Shown here: one piece after another, positions 34,170 through 46,076 of the stretch
Position numbering within the stretch: the stretch's first letter is position 1
Layout of the letters: every line of letters starts with the position of its first letter
Assembly (NCBI GenBank): GCA_010093745.1
Contig: MU005989.1
Coordinates: 126,776 to 184,577 of the forward strand
Direction: 5' to 3'
DNA length: 57,802 nt
Source of the DNA: Piedraia hortae CBS 480.64
Lineage: Eukaryota
Position numbers and translations under genes: made by a program
Notes under the pieces: model-generated
The model's input: only the letters and a program-made list of their open reading frames with translations
What the model was told of the DNA's origin: nothing
Database searches by the model: none

Positions 34170-34443
34170 GTGAGCCATCAATTCCAGGGGTGTTTATCAC
34201 GTGGTTGGAAATCGTCATGACGAGAGGGACTAACCTCGTCATGACCGTGCCAAGACGGCCGTCATGACAACCATGACGTGCCACTCCCAACCATCTTCCT
34301 CGCGGTGAATACACAAAGCGACATGAGTGAACCAACTTGCCGACTACTAGACATACCGGTATAGCCTTCTCCAGAAGATATGGGTTCAAGAATTGTTGGA
34401 TTCGCATCCGTTATTTACATCTATAAGTATACCACAAAGAGCC

Positions 34444-36126
34444 TCAAGCTTCCGGTCCGAGAACCTGAAGCCGAAGGGCCTTTTTGATGACTTTGCCCGC
34501 CGTGCTCCTTGGAATGTTGTTCACAAACCGAATATCGCACCGGCTGACTTTGTAGCCTGTTAAAAGCTTCCGCAAGTGAGCCTTGAGTTGTTCTGCGCTG
34601 ACTTCAGGGTTTGATACAACAACACATGCAACAGGATACTCGTCAATATCGTGCCCGGCACCGAATACGGAGGCATCAACGACTGCCGGGAATTGTCTCA
34701 ATGCTTCCTCCAGCTCTGCCGGGGCTACCTGAAAGCCGCTGACTTTTATAAGGTCCTTGACCCGATCCACGAGGAATATGTGATTATTTTGAATGTAGCC
34801 AAAGTCTCCCGTCTTGAGCCAACCATTTTCAAAGGCTGTCGCAGTGGCTGCACTGTTGTTGAGATACTCTTGCATGACCTGGGGGCCACGCACCATGATC
34901 TCACCGGCCATCGTGCCATCTGCAAGTGTGGTGTTTTTGACCACTTTGATGGTGTACCCTGGAATTGGTCGTCCGACTGATCCCGCTTCGGCACCCTCAT
35001 CGTCTTCTGGGCCAAACAATGTTGTGAACCAACCACCCTCTGTCATGCCGTATACAGGTACAATACGTGGTGGCTCTTTGAATATGGCAAGCGTCTGACG
35101 ACGGAGCTCCGGGACCAAAATCGCGCCACCAAATGTGATGCGACGCAGCGACTGCAGCAGATGATGACGGCCGACATCGTTGACCATCCGTAGCATCAGC
35201 GGAGGAGCACCACTGGTCTCGGTTATCTTAAAGTCATGCACTTTCTGGACAAAGCTATCGTCGAACCGATGCATAAAGTAGCTTCGATGTCCGTGGCGAA
35301 GTGCGTTGAAAATCATTTCCGGCGCGGCAAAAGCATGGAAAATAGGCACACAGTAGAGGCGTCGAACTTCATACGCCTTGGGTGCGCCGGCCGCCATAGC
35401 CAGCTGTTCGACCCAAAGAGACTTGTGGGAGCGGGCAGCCATTTTCGGTAAGCCTGTGGTCCCGCTTGTGTTCATTAAAGCAGCGGTATCATCCAGATCA
35501 ATGGCACGCAGCGAATCCGCCAAATCATCACCAGAAGTGGGCTGAAGCAGATCAAGTATGGTTCGGCAAGAATCAGCTGCATTGACGTCTGTAGATGGGT
35601 CGAGCAAGTCTGCAAAAAGGATAATCTCAACCTTTTGTCCGCAGTGATCAACAGCCTTGCGAACATTTTCCAGGTGGTCTGGCGCTGTCACAACATAGCG
35701 AGTCTCCGAGATCCGAAAGTGATGCTTTAGTTCCGCCACAGTGTATGCTACGTTGGTACCGGTCCAGCGAGCACGAGAACCCAGAATGGCCAGAACCAGG
35801 AGGGGGTACAGAACATCGTTGGGAAGGTGCAGGCAGACTGTGGAACCTGGATCAAAAGCACCGGCCAGTGACGCCACCAAGCGGCGAGCGGTGCCAAGTG
35901 ACACAAACCGATTGGTGTTGCCGGCATCTACAAGGACCTGATCCTGTTAGTTCAATCACAAATACCTACCATTGGATGGAATATTCCGCACCGGCTTATT
36001 AACGTCGTAGTCACCAGAGAGCGTCCATAACACAATGTTTCCATTGTGTTTCATGGGGTCTGTCTTCAGCTCATGGCCGCGAGCGTACACCTCGCCGCCG
36101 AGAACCGGTAGCGGCTCCCTGCGCAT
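34444..36126 (-). CDS. 4-coumarate-CoA-ligase-like adenylate-forming enzyme (AfeA-like), intron 35938-35991; start at 36126 or 36054
   Basis: AMP-binding motifs NTSGTTGLPK, PIFHAF, VYGMTE, GWLKTGD, DRVKDLIKVSGFQVAPAELE, IPRSTAGKV; no C-terminal PTS1. Confidence 0.88.
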
Positions 36127-36334
36127 TGTGTCAATGAGTTACAGACGGATGATGTGCACCAACTGTCGTGGCATCATGGCAAGTGCAGACTTACCGGATT
36201 GTGCTTGCATCTTCCGCAAGCTCACATGTTGGCACGTGTTGGTAGTTTTTCAAACGTAGAGCATCAGTTGAATTAGAGCGTAGACGGAGCAGACGAAGCA
36301 GGCGGAGTAAGCGGCAAATGATTGACACAATGGG

Positions 36335-36640
36335 GTGCCACAGGGTTTTCCATATTGTCGACGGTACACTTACCGGCCAAACGGTTGCACAGGGACCTGC
36401 CATGATTTTGGCCATGTGGTGTTCCAGAGACCCCTGAAAAACAGGGGCGACGTGTGTTCCAACTGCGGGTATACAATGTGGAGGGACAAGACGCAAGGAG
36501 ACTTCTTGAAAAGCTTGGAAATACCAGGATGGCAGAGATATAGAGGAAAGCTTGACAGATTAGATACCATCTTACCAATCTATGTAATGGTGGCAAGACA
36601 TAGAATCCTAGTGGCTGAGTCGTTCAGTCGTGACGTCTGA
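36335..36640 (+). CDS. Possible exon of a small Cys-containing protein
   Basis: CTGTC...CSNC motifs in a 101-codon frame; no ATG, so it would need an upstream exon (GTAAGC at 36307 ... CAG at 36343). Confidence 0.25.
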   Translation: MPQGFPYCRRYTYRPNGCTGTCHDFGHVVFQRPLKNRGDVCSNCGYTMWRDKTQGDFLKSLEIPGWQRYRGKLDRLDTILPIYVMVARHRILVAESFSRDV

Positions 36641-37563
36641 ACGCGACCGGTTGTAGAGCCGCGTGGCAAAGGAAGACTGACAACAACGACCAGCACATGC
36701 CTCGGTCCCGTTCCCTGTATCCCTAGAGGAACAAGGGTGTCAGTTAGAGGATAATGGGTGTGGTAGCAAGCCCGCGCGGTTGTGGTGCCTGCCACGTGCG
36801 TCCCAAAAAGGGCAATGAGGGATCCCAGCAGCGGCACAAGAGCGCCGAGGTCGATTACAGGGCTTACTGGGCACGATTTGGTGGTGGAAGAGTGGTAAGA
36901 GTGGTGGCGCGGCTCTCGGACTTGTTCGATCAGTAGAGGTGAAGTTACCGTCGTTAGCGCTCCACGTGACCTTGTCCAATCGTGGCGCTCCACCTCGCAG
37001 CGGCGACGGCGTCCGATTGCCCCCTCCCGTCGCGGGCCCCTCGCCACAGAAAAGTGAGACATTAAGACAAGCGAAGAAATTTTTGCTGCTCGGGACGCAC
37101 CATGGCCCCGTCATGGAAAGCGTTGGCGGTGGTGCGCATCTGCTGCAATGCCAGACGTCTGACGCATTGCTCCGTCGGCGCCTGCTTTCCTTGGACGGCT
37201 TCAGCCAAAGGATTTTGGTAGCCGTCTTATGATGTCGCCTCAATATTCGTTCCCAATGTTTATAGCTGGTGCACTGTCGCAACGGGGGCACCAACGGCAC
37301 TAACAGTTGCAAAGTCTGTGCCCGTTGGATGAACATACTCAAGAATTTGCTCTCTATTCTTCAAGAACTTTCTCTCTATTCCTCAAGAACAGCACTGAGC
37401 CGAATTCTGCATTGAATTTAGCTGGTGAGTAAGGAACTGAACAGGTGGTCAGCTTCGAGTCACCATTCAATCTGTCAACGCTTACCAAGGTTTGAGCCCA
37501 CCAACCTGGTAATTTTGCGTCGTAACTTCGGTTGCACGGGAGTACATCGTTTTCACCACCGAC

Positions 37564-39264
37564 ATGGACATGCACCACGCTACAGTTCCTGCAACTCCGG
37601 CCCAGCCTGCCTCAGTCTACCTACCCAGCAACGGATACTCGAGGAGGATCAGCACTCGCTCAGAGAACCAGACGCTGAGCTTCCGGGACTCTGTCCTGAC
37701 CACGGCGAAGTGGAGCAGCACCAACTCATCCACTGCTTCCCTGATTTCGATCACACACGTCGATGCTCGAGACAAAGCCGATGTGATAGATGATAAGGAA
37801 GACACAGATGTGAAGGATGAAAAGTACAACGAAAAAGACTCGAGCTTTGCTTATGCCGTCCCCAGACGTGGCGTTGATCAGGATGGCTTTGCGACGGCGC
37901 AACGGCTCGATGACTTGCTCAGACGTTTCCCCATGCCAGCTTTCACCGGCAACAAGTGGTGGAAACGACAAAGATATCATGTCTGGAGCGTCTACCGAAG
38001 ACTAATGGTGCTAGTGATTGCGGCCAACTTTGGTGCAATTGTGGCCATGATTGTGCGTTGCGTCCGTTACCCGGGAACTTTCACCTCTGCTGAGGCCTCG
38101 ACCGCTGTGGGTGCCAATTTGGTTGCAGGAATTCTCATGCGGCAAGAGCATGTCATCAACACGTTCTTCCATATTGCTATCTTGCAGCCTCGTTGGTTTC
38201 CTGCTTGGTTACGGCGAACGATTGCCAAATTCGCCTTTCACTATGGCGGTGTGCACTCATCAGCCGGCATAAGTGCCATTGCTTGGTATATCTTTTTCCT
38301 TGTCCTTTTGCCTCTCACCTTTCCAGGCACGAGAACAGAAAGCATACTGATGGTGGCGCTTTCCGCAATTGTGCTGGTGCTATTACTGGTCATTGCCGGT
38401 ATGTCACATCCACGTGTGCGCAACGCCCACCACGACTTGTGGGAACTGTCACATCGTTTTGGCGGTTGGAGCGCCGTTGCTGTGTTCTGGATACAGACTA
38501 TGTTTTCAGCAGTCGTCGCTGCCCGTGTTGCCGACCTTCCACTAGGGCGGGTCCTCATCAAAACCCCAAGCTTTTGGTTCCTCATCATCATTACCTGGTG
38601 CCTAATCTACCCCTGGCTATGGCTACGCAAAGTCCCTCTCGAGGCAGTAAAACTCTCTAACCATGCCGCGGAGCTACGCTTTACACACAGCAACATTGGA
38701 ACCTGTCGCGGTGTCCGCCTATCCCACAACCCACTGATAGAAACGCACGCATTCGCCGGTATCCCGCACTGTCCTCTCGAAGGCGACCTCGAGAAAGGCT
38801 ATTCCGTTATCGTCAGTAATGCCGGAAACTGGACAACAGACATGATCCAGAACCCCCCCAAACACATCTGGTGCCGCGGCGTGCCAACCCTGGGCGTCAT
38901 GCGACTCTCATCCCTCCTCTCACCCATCATCATTGTCGCAACCGGCTCTGGCATAGGACCTTGCACATCATTCCTTAATGTCTTTCCCCACCACCGCGCA
39001 CGGATTCTCTGGGTTGCCCGCGATCCTTTGAAAACATACCAAAGCGGACTCATCAACCGTGTCCGACGCATCGATCCAAATGCCGTAATCGTCGACTCTA
39101 CCCGTACAGGCAAGAAATCCGTCCCCGCACTGACCTACGCGCTCGTGAAGGAAACCAAAGCGGAGGGAGTAATGATCATCTCGAACCCAAAGGCTACTTC
39201 TGAAACCGTCGAGGCAATGGAGTCGAGGGGAATAACAGCGTTTGGAGCGATTTTTGATTCATAA
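37564..39264 (+). CDS. tmpA: TmpA-like integral membrane flavoprotein (ferric-reductase-like TM + FAD/NAD-binding)
   Basis: SVYRRL, ILMRQEHVIN, HYGGVHS, HDLWELSHRFGGW, LSNHA, ETHAFA, VSNAGNWT, VATGSGIGPC, IISNP, GAIFDS end. Confidence 0.85.
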   Translation: MDMHHATVPATPAQPASVYLPSNGYSRRISTRSENQTLSFRDSVLTTAKWSSTNSSTASLISITHVDARDKADVIDDKEDTDVKDEKYNEKDSSFAYAVPRRGVDQDGFATAQRLDDLLRRFPMPAFTGNKWWKRQRYHVWSVYRRLMVLVIAANFGAIVAMIVRCVRYPGTFTSAEASTAVGANLVAGILMRQEHVINTFFHIAILQPRWFPAWLRRTIAKFAFHYGGVHSSAGISAIAWYIFFLVLLPLTFPGTRTESILMVALSAIVLVLLLVIAGMSHPRVRNAHHDLWELSHRFGGWSAVAVFWIQTMFSAVVAARVADLPLGRVLIKTPSFWFLIIITWCLIYPWLWLRKVPLEAVKLSNHAAELRFTHSNIGTCRGVRLSHNPLIETHAFAGIPHCPLEGDLEKGYSVIVSNAGNWTTDMIQNPPKHIWCRGVPTLGVMRLSSLLSPIIIVATGSGIGPCTSFLNVFPHHRARILWVARDPLKTYQSGLINRVRRIDPNAVIVDSTRTGKKSVPALTYALVKETKAEGVMIISNPKATSETVEAMESRGITAFGAIFDS

Positions 39265-40173
39265 TCATTTGGGCAGAACATCTAGCGATGTTGTCTACCT
39301 TATTCTGGATAGGCAGAAGCACTATAAAAAAAGTCTAAAAGCTTTATTCAAGTTTCCTTCATGCCAATTGTGAGAATCGTAAGTCCTGCAGAAAATTCCG
39401 GAAGAGCGTCTACCCTATGTATCACGATAACATGGTGGAGTCCAGGATATGCACGCCATTTGTCATCAGAATCTACATACAAACCTACACCTTCGATTTT
39501 CTTTTTTACCCCACACCGGGGTTTCTCTCCAGGGCTTTTCTTGGTGGTGGCTAGTGGTGGCTTGTCCCTTGAGCTAGATCTCGTGGTGGCTAGTGCCACT
39601 TTGCCCTATTCCAGTATCGGGGTTCGGAGGTTTATGGACCGTATTACCTATACCATCTATGAAAGTTTAGTACAGTTCGTGGGTTCATCCAATCGTCATT
39701 GGAGATTCTGCAAGCGAACGAGGGGAATACGGTATACCACCGTGTTGGTGAATGGCTATGGGAGCGTGGTGTAGTGTGGTCTTGGATATGCATAACCGTT
39801 TAGGCGGCATTGCCAAGCGCGGCGTAACTTTCGCCCCGCTCGGGAATTCGTTTCGATATGATGGATTACTGTGGCTGGATTGACCCGAAGAGTGACAAGT
39901 CTACCCGCCCGACCGATTTGTGAAAATAGATAGTAGGGTGATTGTGGCGCGGCACAAGTTCACCTACAATGGATGATTTCTATTCCTGGGTTGGATCTCG
40001 ATTGGGAGACGAACACCTGCTGACTTTTTTCCTCCTTCTCAGTACGTATTTTTTTTTCCATTCACATGGAGTTTGGAAGGATCGGAATTCGTGATGGAAT
40101 GGGAGTTTGGTGGGGGGTCTTGTGATGGGTTGTCTTTGGCAAGGTCAAGGATTGGGAATGGTCATGGATACAA

Positions 40174-42479
40174 TCATATGCCGGATCTATGAACCAGAGC
40201 CCCACCGCGACGGAACTGGATAGATTCCCGACGAAAGAGAACCTGTAGGGCACGGTGCAGAGACTGCTCCGCGTAGCCTTTGCGGTCGACGAATTCCCTC
40301 CGAAGCGTTGCGAGGGACGAGGTGTAGCCAATGGGCAGACGGCGTCGTAATTCCTCTTCCACCTTGTGCACCTCCTCCACAAGCTCCCGGTTGCTGCCCG
40401 GCTGACCGAGCTGACCCATATCACCACCAGCGTTAAGCACGGCGTCCATGGTAGAACCGAGAAACAGGCGGATGGCCTCATCCACATGCTTCTCCCTCGC
40501 CACCGGCTGCAGCTCCAGCTTGGCCAGAGCCTCGCTTAGACGGATCAGTGACTCCAGCTGACGCACCGTAATGGGGATGCTGCTGCGGACATTGGCATCT
40601 GCCTCTGCCCGCGCAATTTGTCGTCTGATACTGACAAAGTGGCTGCTCAATTTTTCTGCCGCCTCAGCAGACAGTCGCGGCGCACATCGCGACTTGGCAT
40701 ACGAAATATACCGCTTCATCTTCTCCACTGGAATCTCTGCCGCTGGTCCGTCCTGTCGTCTTGCTCCCGCGCCTCCCATATGGATACCCATAACGTGCTT
40801 GGCAATCGTCTCATCCCGGTTTCGGTCATGCTCATCTCGCACGATGAAGATCAGGTCAAAACGTGACAAAATGGTGGTTTGGAAGTCAATGTTCTCGCCT
40901 GGAGACTTGAGATCGTCGTACCGTCCAAATATGGGGTTGGCTGCGGCAAGAACAGATGTCCGCGCATTCAAAATTGTAGTGATGCCAGCCTTGGCAATTG
41001 AAATCGTCTGCTGCTCCATGGCCTCATGAATAGCCACCCTGTCCTCATCCCGCATCTTGTCAAACTCGTCAATACAGACCACACCACCGTCAGCAAGCAC
41101 CATTGCACCTCCTTCCAGGTAAAACTCGCGCGTATGCGTGTCTCGCTGCACTGAAGCTGTAAGACCCGCCGCTGAAGACCCTTTACCCGACGTATAGATG
41201 GCAATGGGCGCTGCCTTTTCGACAAACTTTAGCAGTTGCGACTTGGCCGTACCCGGATCTCCTAGGAGCAAGACGTTGATGTCTCCTCGGAGCCTCATTC
41301 CGTCTGGCAGGATTTTCTTTGACCCTCCCATGAGCAAGCATGCAATGGCCTTTTTGATGTCCGTGTTGCCATAGATGGACGGTGCTATACAAGACGCGAA
41401 CAGATCATACAAATCAGGCCGTCTCGACATCTCCAAAAACTCTTCTTCTTCCTCTTCGGTGAAGTGCTGTCTCTCGCCGGCATTGTGACTGCCATCCGTT
41501 TGGATACCCACTGCCCGCAGATAAGGATTGCGAATGGCCACTGCGCCCGACGTCTTTCCGCTTTTTTGACTGTTGTATATGCTGAATACCCCCATAACGA
41601 CGCAGCGAGATCCTGGCACAGCGCGGTTTGCCAGGTACCGATCTGCGCTGACCAAGATATGCCGTGGTAACTCACCCACCGGGACATCATCTGGAGCTTC
41701 TTGCAGCTTCAGCACCTGTTGGTCAATAAACTGGCTCTTTTCATGCACGACAAAGTAAGGGTCTAGGGGACATTTATCACTCCCGTCTTCGGGCCCTTTT
41801 GGCCGTCCACAAGTACGTGGAAGTGAGATGCCCGTGAAGCCGCTCGGAACAGATAGGTTAGTGGTGTATTCACAATTGCGGCATTGGATATGCAGAAATG
41901 TGGCTTTGGACGAAAGTGTGCTGGCACCGATAACGATGCCAGGAATGCGCACCAAGCGTGAGACATTAGTGGCGGTCAGACCGCGAATTGACATTGTTGC
42001 CACCGAAGAGTGTAGCAACAATTGATGTTCAGGCAGAGAGCTTGCCGCATCCTTATCTGCTTGTGAGTTGGAAGGGTATAGGATCTTTTGCGTGCAAGTC
42101 TTGAGAGCTTGCTCAAACTGAATTTGCGGTTAGAGCTGCAACAGTCTCGTATGGGTGTACCAACAATTGGGATAAGATCAGCTGGCTCATTGCTCAACCG
42201 ATGGGCCAGATTCTCGTTGAAAGCGATCAAATGCGCAATGTCCACGTCGCAAAAGAACTGTCGGCATAGCACATTCTCCCGGATCTGGTCGCTACAGCTT
42301 CCTTAGCACCATGTACCAGTTATATCAGTACAGCCCTACCGATATGTAAAAACATTGTCCAAACGAAAGTCCAGAATAAAATCGATAAACTCTTGTTGCA
42401 ATTGTCGTACTGTTTCCTGGCCGTTCTGACTAATGTTATCCTGGAACAAGCTGAGCGAGTACACGGATTGCCTGTCCAT
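40174..42479 (-). CDS. MCM5: DNA replication licensing factor MCM5, introns 42292-42339 and 42118-42164
   Basis: MDRQSVYS start; [45 protein letters not shown]. Confidence 0.97.
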
Positions 42480-42536
42480 CTTGGTGTTCGCAGTTGGTGG
42501 TTTGGCGTAGACTGATTTTGGTGGTTTGGGAGCTTG

Positions 42537-42567
42537 AGGCGCGTCAAGCGCGTCGCGTCGCGCGTCT
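42537..42567. promoter_or_regulatory. Cluster of CGCGTC (MCB-like) sites in the MCM5/VPS54 divergent promoter
   Basis: GAGGCGCGTCAAGCGCGTCGCGTCGCGCGTC about 60 bp upstream of the MCM5 ATG. Confidence 0.6.
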
Positions 42568-42726
42568 AAAGTGGTCGCATAGTACCCCGGGGGTCAGAAT
42601 GTCTGACAGCTGCCAAAAGTCGCCTTCCCGGGCCGGGCCGATCCACTGGAAACGTCAGGCCTTCAGCAGCTGCTGGGAAAGGTATGAGCATCGGAAAGCC
42701 ACGAGGCGAGGTTGTCGCCTATTGCC

Positions 42727-45700
42727 ATGTCAGTGCCGACGTCGCCAACCCCGAATCAGCCCGGTTTTCCTCCGTTTCCCCGTAGCCAGCGGCGGACAAG
42801 GCAAGGGAGCACAGCTAGCAGCGCGTCTTATGGGTCCATAGGCGGCGGACTCGACCCTGCAAGTCACTCACGACGAAACTCGACTGTTCGTGAACACAGC
42901 CATAATGCTATATCCACGTTGCTACAACCTTCGATAGTCCGCACTGGGCTGGTACCTCGAGCCCAAGCACCTGCTGGATTCAAAGCGCCAACGACCAAAG
43001 ACATACCCCCCGTAACCCTCACCAATATCCCCCATGTACCTACCGAAGAATTCCAAGACTATCTCACCCGGATTGGGCCGCTCTTTGAGAGTATTCAACG
43101 TAAAAGAGCACCTGAGCATGGACCTTCGGCACCCGCAGATCAACAGACGGCCAACGATAGATCAGCCACCCCTACGTCGCCTACTGTAGAATCTCCAGTA
43201 AATCAAAAGTTGCAAAGAACATCTTCGAGCCGAAGTCGACGCAGGACCGATGTCACTCCGTTATCGATAATTCCCCCTGTTTATTTTGATGAAATTTTCC
43301 ATCTGGAAAACCCTCGCACATTCGATGTCGTGTCAGAAAATGCCGAAATTGTGCGGCCCCCAACTGGTACAGCGCCAACAGAATCCAATAGCACTACGCC
43401 AAGGAAAGCATTGGCAACGAACGCCATATTGCAGGAAAAACTGAGTTGGTATATGGACACGGTTGAGGTGCATTTGATTAAGAGTATTAGTGCTGCCAGC
43501 TCGAGCTTTTTCGCCGCCTTGGGCAGTTTAAAAGAGCTGCAGATAGAAGCAGAGGCCAGCGTGGCCAAGATACAATCCCTAAGAGGAGATTTACGCAGAT
43601 TAGACCGAGAGGTTGCTATTGGGGGTCTTGAAGTGGCGGCGAAACGAAGACGGAGAGCCAATGTAGCCAAGCTGGCCAGGGCGTCGGGGCAGGTGGAAAG
43701 AGTTGTGCACAATGTGCGGCGGGCAGATGAGCTGGTAGACGAGGGCGATTTCGATGAAGCTGCAAACCATATTGATCGAGTTACGCGGCTGGTGTGTGGA
43801 CAGCCCGAGCCTGGAGAGTCCTCAACCAATCTGATAGATCTACGGGCTTTGAAAGTGCTCCAGGGCCTAGACAGCGGGCTGCAAGACATTCAATCCCGCA
43901 TAGCAGCCGGTTTGGCCCAACGATTTACATCAATATTAATGTCAGATTTGCGGGAGCACGTTCAAAGGGTGCCGCATGCGGAGACGCTCAAGCGGTGGCT
44001 AAAGCAGCGGGGGATATCGTTGACATACATGGAGAGCACAGATACCTTTCGGAACAATCTCCGGTCAGCTCTCAGTGGATTGACTCGAGCCGGCCATATC
44101 ACGGTAGCCACTGCCAGTTACCGTGACTCGGTCATTCGGGAGATGAAGGCGCTGTTGAAGAAGAATCTTCCAAGTAGTACTGACGACGACGCCGAGTCGA
44201 CACTATCCATCAGCACTCGTGGAGGTGGCGGAAGGATGACACCGCAGGAGAAGAGTGGCTATCTGGCCCGAAACCTGCGCGCCATGGATGCTGCCGACGC
44301 GGAGAACATGTTAGTCAACGTCTATACCGCAGTTGGCGAGGCATTACGGCGAGTCAGTACACAAGTCAAGTTATTGTTGGATGTAGCAAGCAGCATGGAG
44401 GCTACGGCTTTGCCCAAGTCACCTGGACTGACACCTCGTTCGCCTGGCTTAATTGCACAGGCTACCAGTGGAGGGCCTAGACCTCGAGCCCAGTCCAATG
44501 TACAGCAAGAGCTGCTTCAGACTTTGGACATGTCAAGTCTGCTCGGCCAGGCTGTTGACACGGCTCAGACACAGATTACAAAGGTGCTAAGGGTTCGAAA
44601 CGAGCAGACTCTGCAGCTTCCGCGAGAACGTTTCATGCGTTACTTTAGCTTGAATCGCGCTTTTGCTGACGAGTGTGAGGCCATTAGTGGTCGAAGTGGC
44701 GATGTGCTAAAGGGGTTAATCAATGCCCAGATAACTGCGTTCATCCAGGCTCAGGCCGAGGGAGAGTCGCAACGACTTGCAGCCTTGCTTGTCAATGATG
44801 ACTGGAATGCCAAAGACCTTGATTCGCGTGGCGAGGATTTGCTGAATCGGATCGTCAACAGCATGACCTCTGATCCATTAGAATGGTCGAATGACAAGCC
44901 CATTTGGGAAAATGTGGGAGAGAGTACGCAACTAACAGTACAGGTCAATGGTGAGAATGGTGCTTCCAATGGAACAGGTGCCAAGTCAGCCTCCAAACCA
45001 GCTTACATTGACGGCAACAAATACATACTTGTTGGGCCGACCATTGCACTTCTAAGCACGATCGATACCTTGCTCTCTCTCACTTCCAGCATGCCCTCCA
45101 TGACGCCAGCAATTTCCACCGCACTCTTGGATAGCTTGCGGGTCTTTAATTCCCGCTGCCAGCAACTGATTCTCGGCGCAGGCGCCACTAAGACGTCTGG
45201 GCTGAAAAACATTACCACCAAACACCTCGCCTTATCATCTCAATCCCTAAGCTTCGTCATTGCACTCATTCCCTATATGCGCGAATGCGTTCGAAGGCAC
45301 CTCCCGGGAGGCGGACAAGGTCAGCCAAACATCCTTGCAGACTTTGACAAGACCAAACGCCTCTACCAAGAGCACCAGTCTGGTATCAACGAGAAACTAA
45401 TCGAAATCATCATCTCACGCGCCCAGACACACATCAAGACAATGAAGAGCCTGCCTTGGGATAGCCCCGAAGACGATGGCAAGGTCAGTGCGTACATGGA
45501 GGGCATGATAAAGGAGACTACAACCTTCTATCGCGTCCTCAGCAGACACTTGTCGGAATACGATATCAAGTATATTATGAGGCGCATCTTTGAGACATTC
45601 GAACAACACTGGACCGCTGCGTTTGCAAGCATCACGCCAGAGAGCGAGGCAGCCAAGGCGAGATTCGTGCGTGATGCTGAGGCGTTCAATTCTAGGTTAG

Positions 45701-45783
45701 GAAAAGTTGCGGAAATGGGCGATGCGGGACAGAGAGTTGTTGATGCAGCAAAGGAGAGGGTGAAGGGAGAGGAGAAGAGTTAG
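42727..45783 (+). CDS. VPS54: GARP complex subunit Vps54
   Basis: PTTKDIPPVTLTNIP, FHLENPRTFDVV, KALATNAILQEKLSWYMDTVEVHL, FNSRCQQLILGAGA...GLKNITTKHLAL. Confidence 0.95.
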   Translation: MSVPTSPTPNQPGFPPFPRSQRRTRQGSTASSASYGSIGGGLDPASHSRRNSTVREHSHNAISTLLQPSIVRTGLVPRAQAPAGFKAPTTKDIPPVTLTNIPHVPTEEFQDYLTRIGPLFESIQRKRAPEHGPSAPADQQTANDRSATPTSPTVESPVNQKLQRTSSSRSRRRTDVTPLSIIPPVYFDEIFHLENPRTFDVVSENAEIVRPPTGTAPTESNSTTPRKALATNAILQEKLSWYMDTVEVHLIKSISAASSSFFAALGSLKELQIEAEASVAKIQSLRGDLRRLDREVAIGGLEVAAKRRRRANVAKLARASGQVERVVHNVRRADELVDEGDFDEAANHIDRVTRLVCGQPEPGESSTNLIDLRALKVLQGLDSGLQDIQSRIAAGLAQRFTSILMSDLREHVQRVPHAETLKRWLKQRGISLTYMESTDTFRNNLRSALSGLTRAGHITVATASYRDSVIREMKALLKKNLPSSTDDDAESTLSISTRGGGGRMTPQEKSGYLARNLRAMDAADAENMLVNVYTAVGEALRRVSTQVKLLLDVASSMEATALPKSPGLTPRSPGLIAQATSGGPRPRAQSNVQQELLQTLDMSSLLGQAVDTAQTQITKVLRVRNEQTLQLPRERFMRYFSLNRAFADECEAISGRSGDVLKGLINAQITAFIQAQAEGESQRLAALLVNDDWNAKDLDSRGEDLLNRIVNSMTSDPLEWSNDKPIWENVGESTQLTVQVNGENGASNGTGAKSASKPAYIDGNKYILVGPTIALLSTIDTLLSLTSSMPSMTPAISTALLDSLRVFNSRCQQLILGAGATKTSGLKNITTKHLALSSQSLSFVIALIPYMRECVRRHLPGGGQGQPNILADFDKTKRLYQEHQSGINEKLIEIIISRAQTHIKTMKSLPWDSPEDDGKVSAYMEGMIKETTTFYRVLSRHLSEYDIKYIMRRIFETFEQHWTAAFASITPESEAAKARFVRDAEAFNSRLGKVAEMGDAGQRVVDAAKERVKGEEKS

Positions 45784-46076
45784 TATTCTGTGTTCTAGAA
45801 AGTTTTCACTGCATGTTTGCTGAGAGCTCCGGTGGCATCAGCATGGATTAGAGTTTCCAAATATACATTTCAGTATTCCAGTCTAGAGGTTTTATCATTC
45901 AATGTACATATCCTAGGTAGTCTACCAATTGCTCTTGTTTTCCTCTCACCGCCCAAAAAGAATACTAACATTTGATATCGACGTTGTGGCCCCGCTTGCA
46001 ATTGCATCCCTGGAATAGGGTTAGGACTTCCGGCAACCCCGTACCTCACTCGACCAGATCGACAAGAGCAGGCAAC

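Noticed and set aside
36580..37342. 160-aa and 200-aa minus-strand ORFs
   Set aside because: No domain and overlapping frames; probably promoter or UTR of the afeA/tmpA pair
39800..40030. tRNA-like or C/D snoRNA-like motifs (TTGCCAAGCG, GGATGA...CTGA)
   Set aside because: No cloverleaf or proper B box, and the C box is non-canonical; cannot support without an Rfam or tRNAscan search
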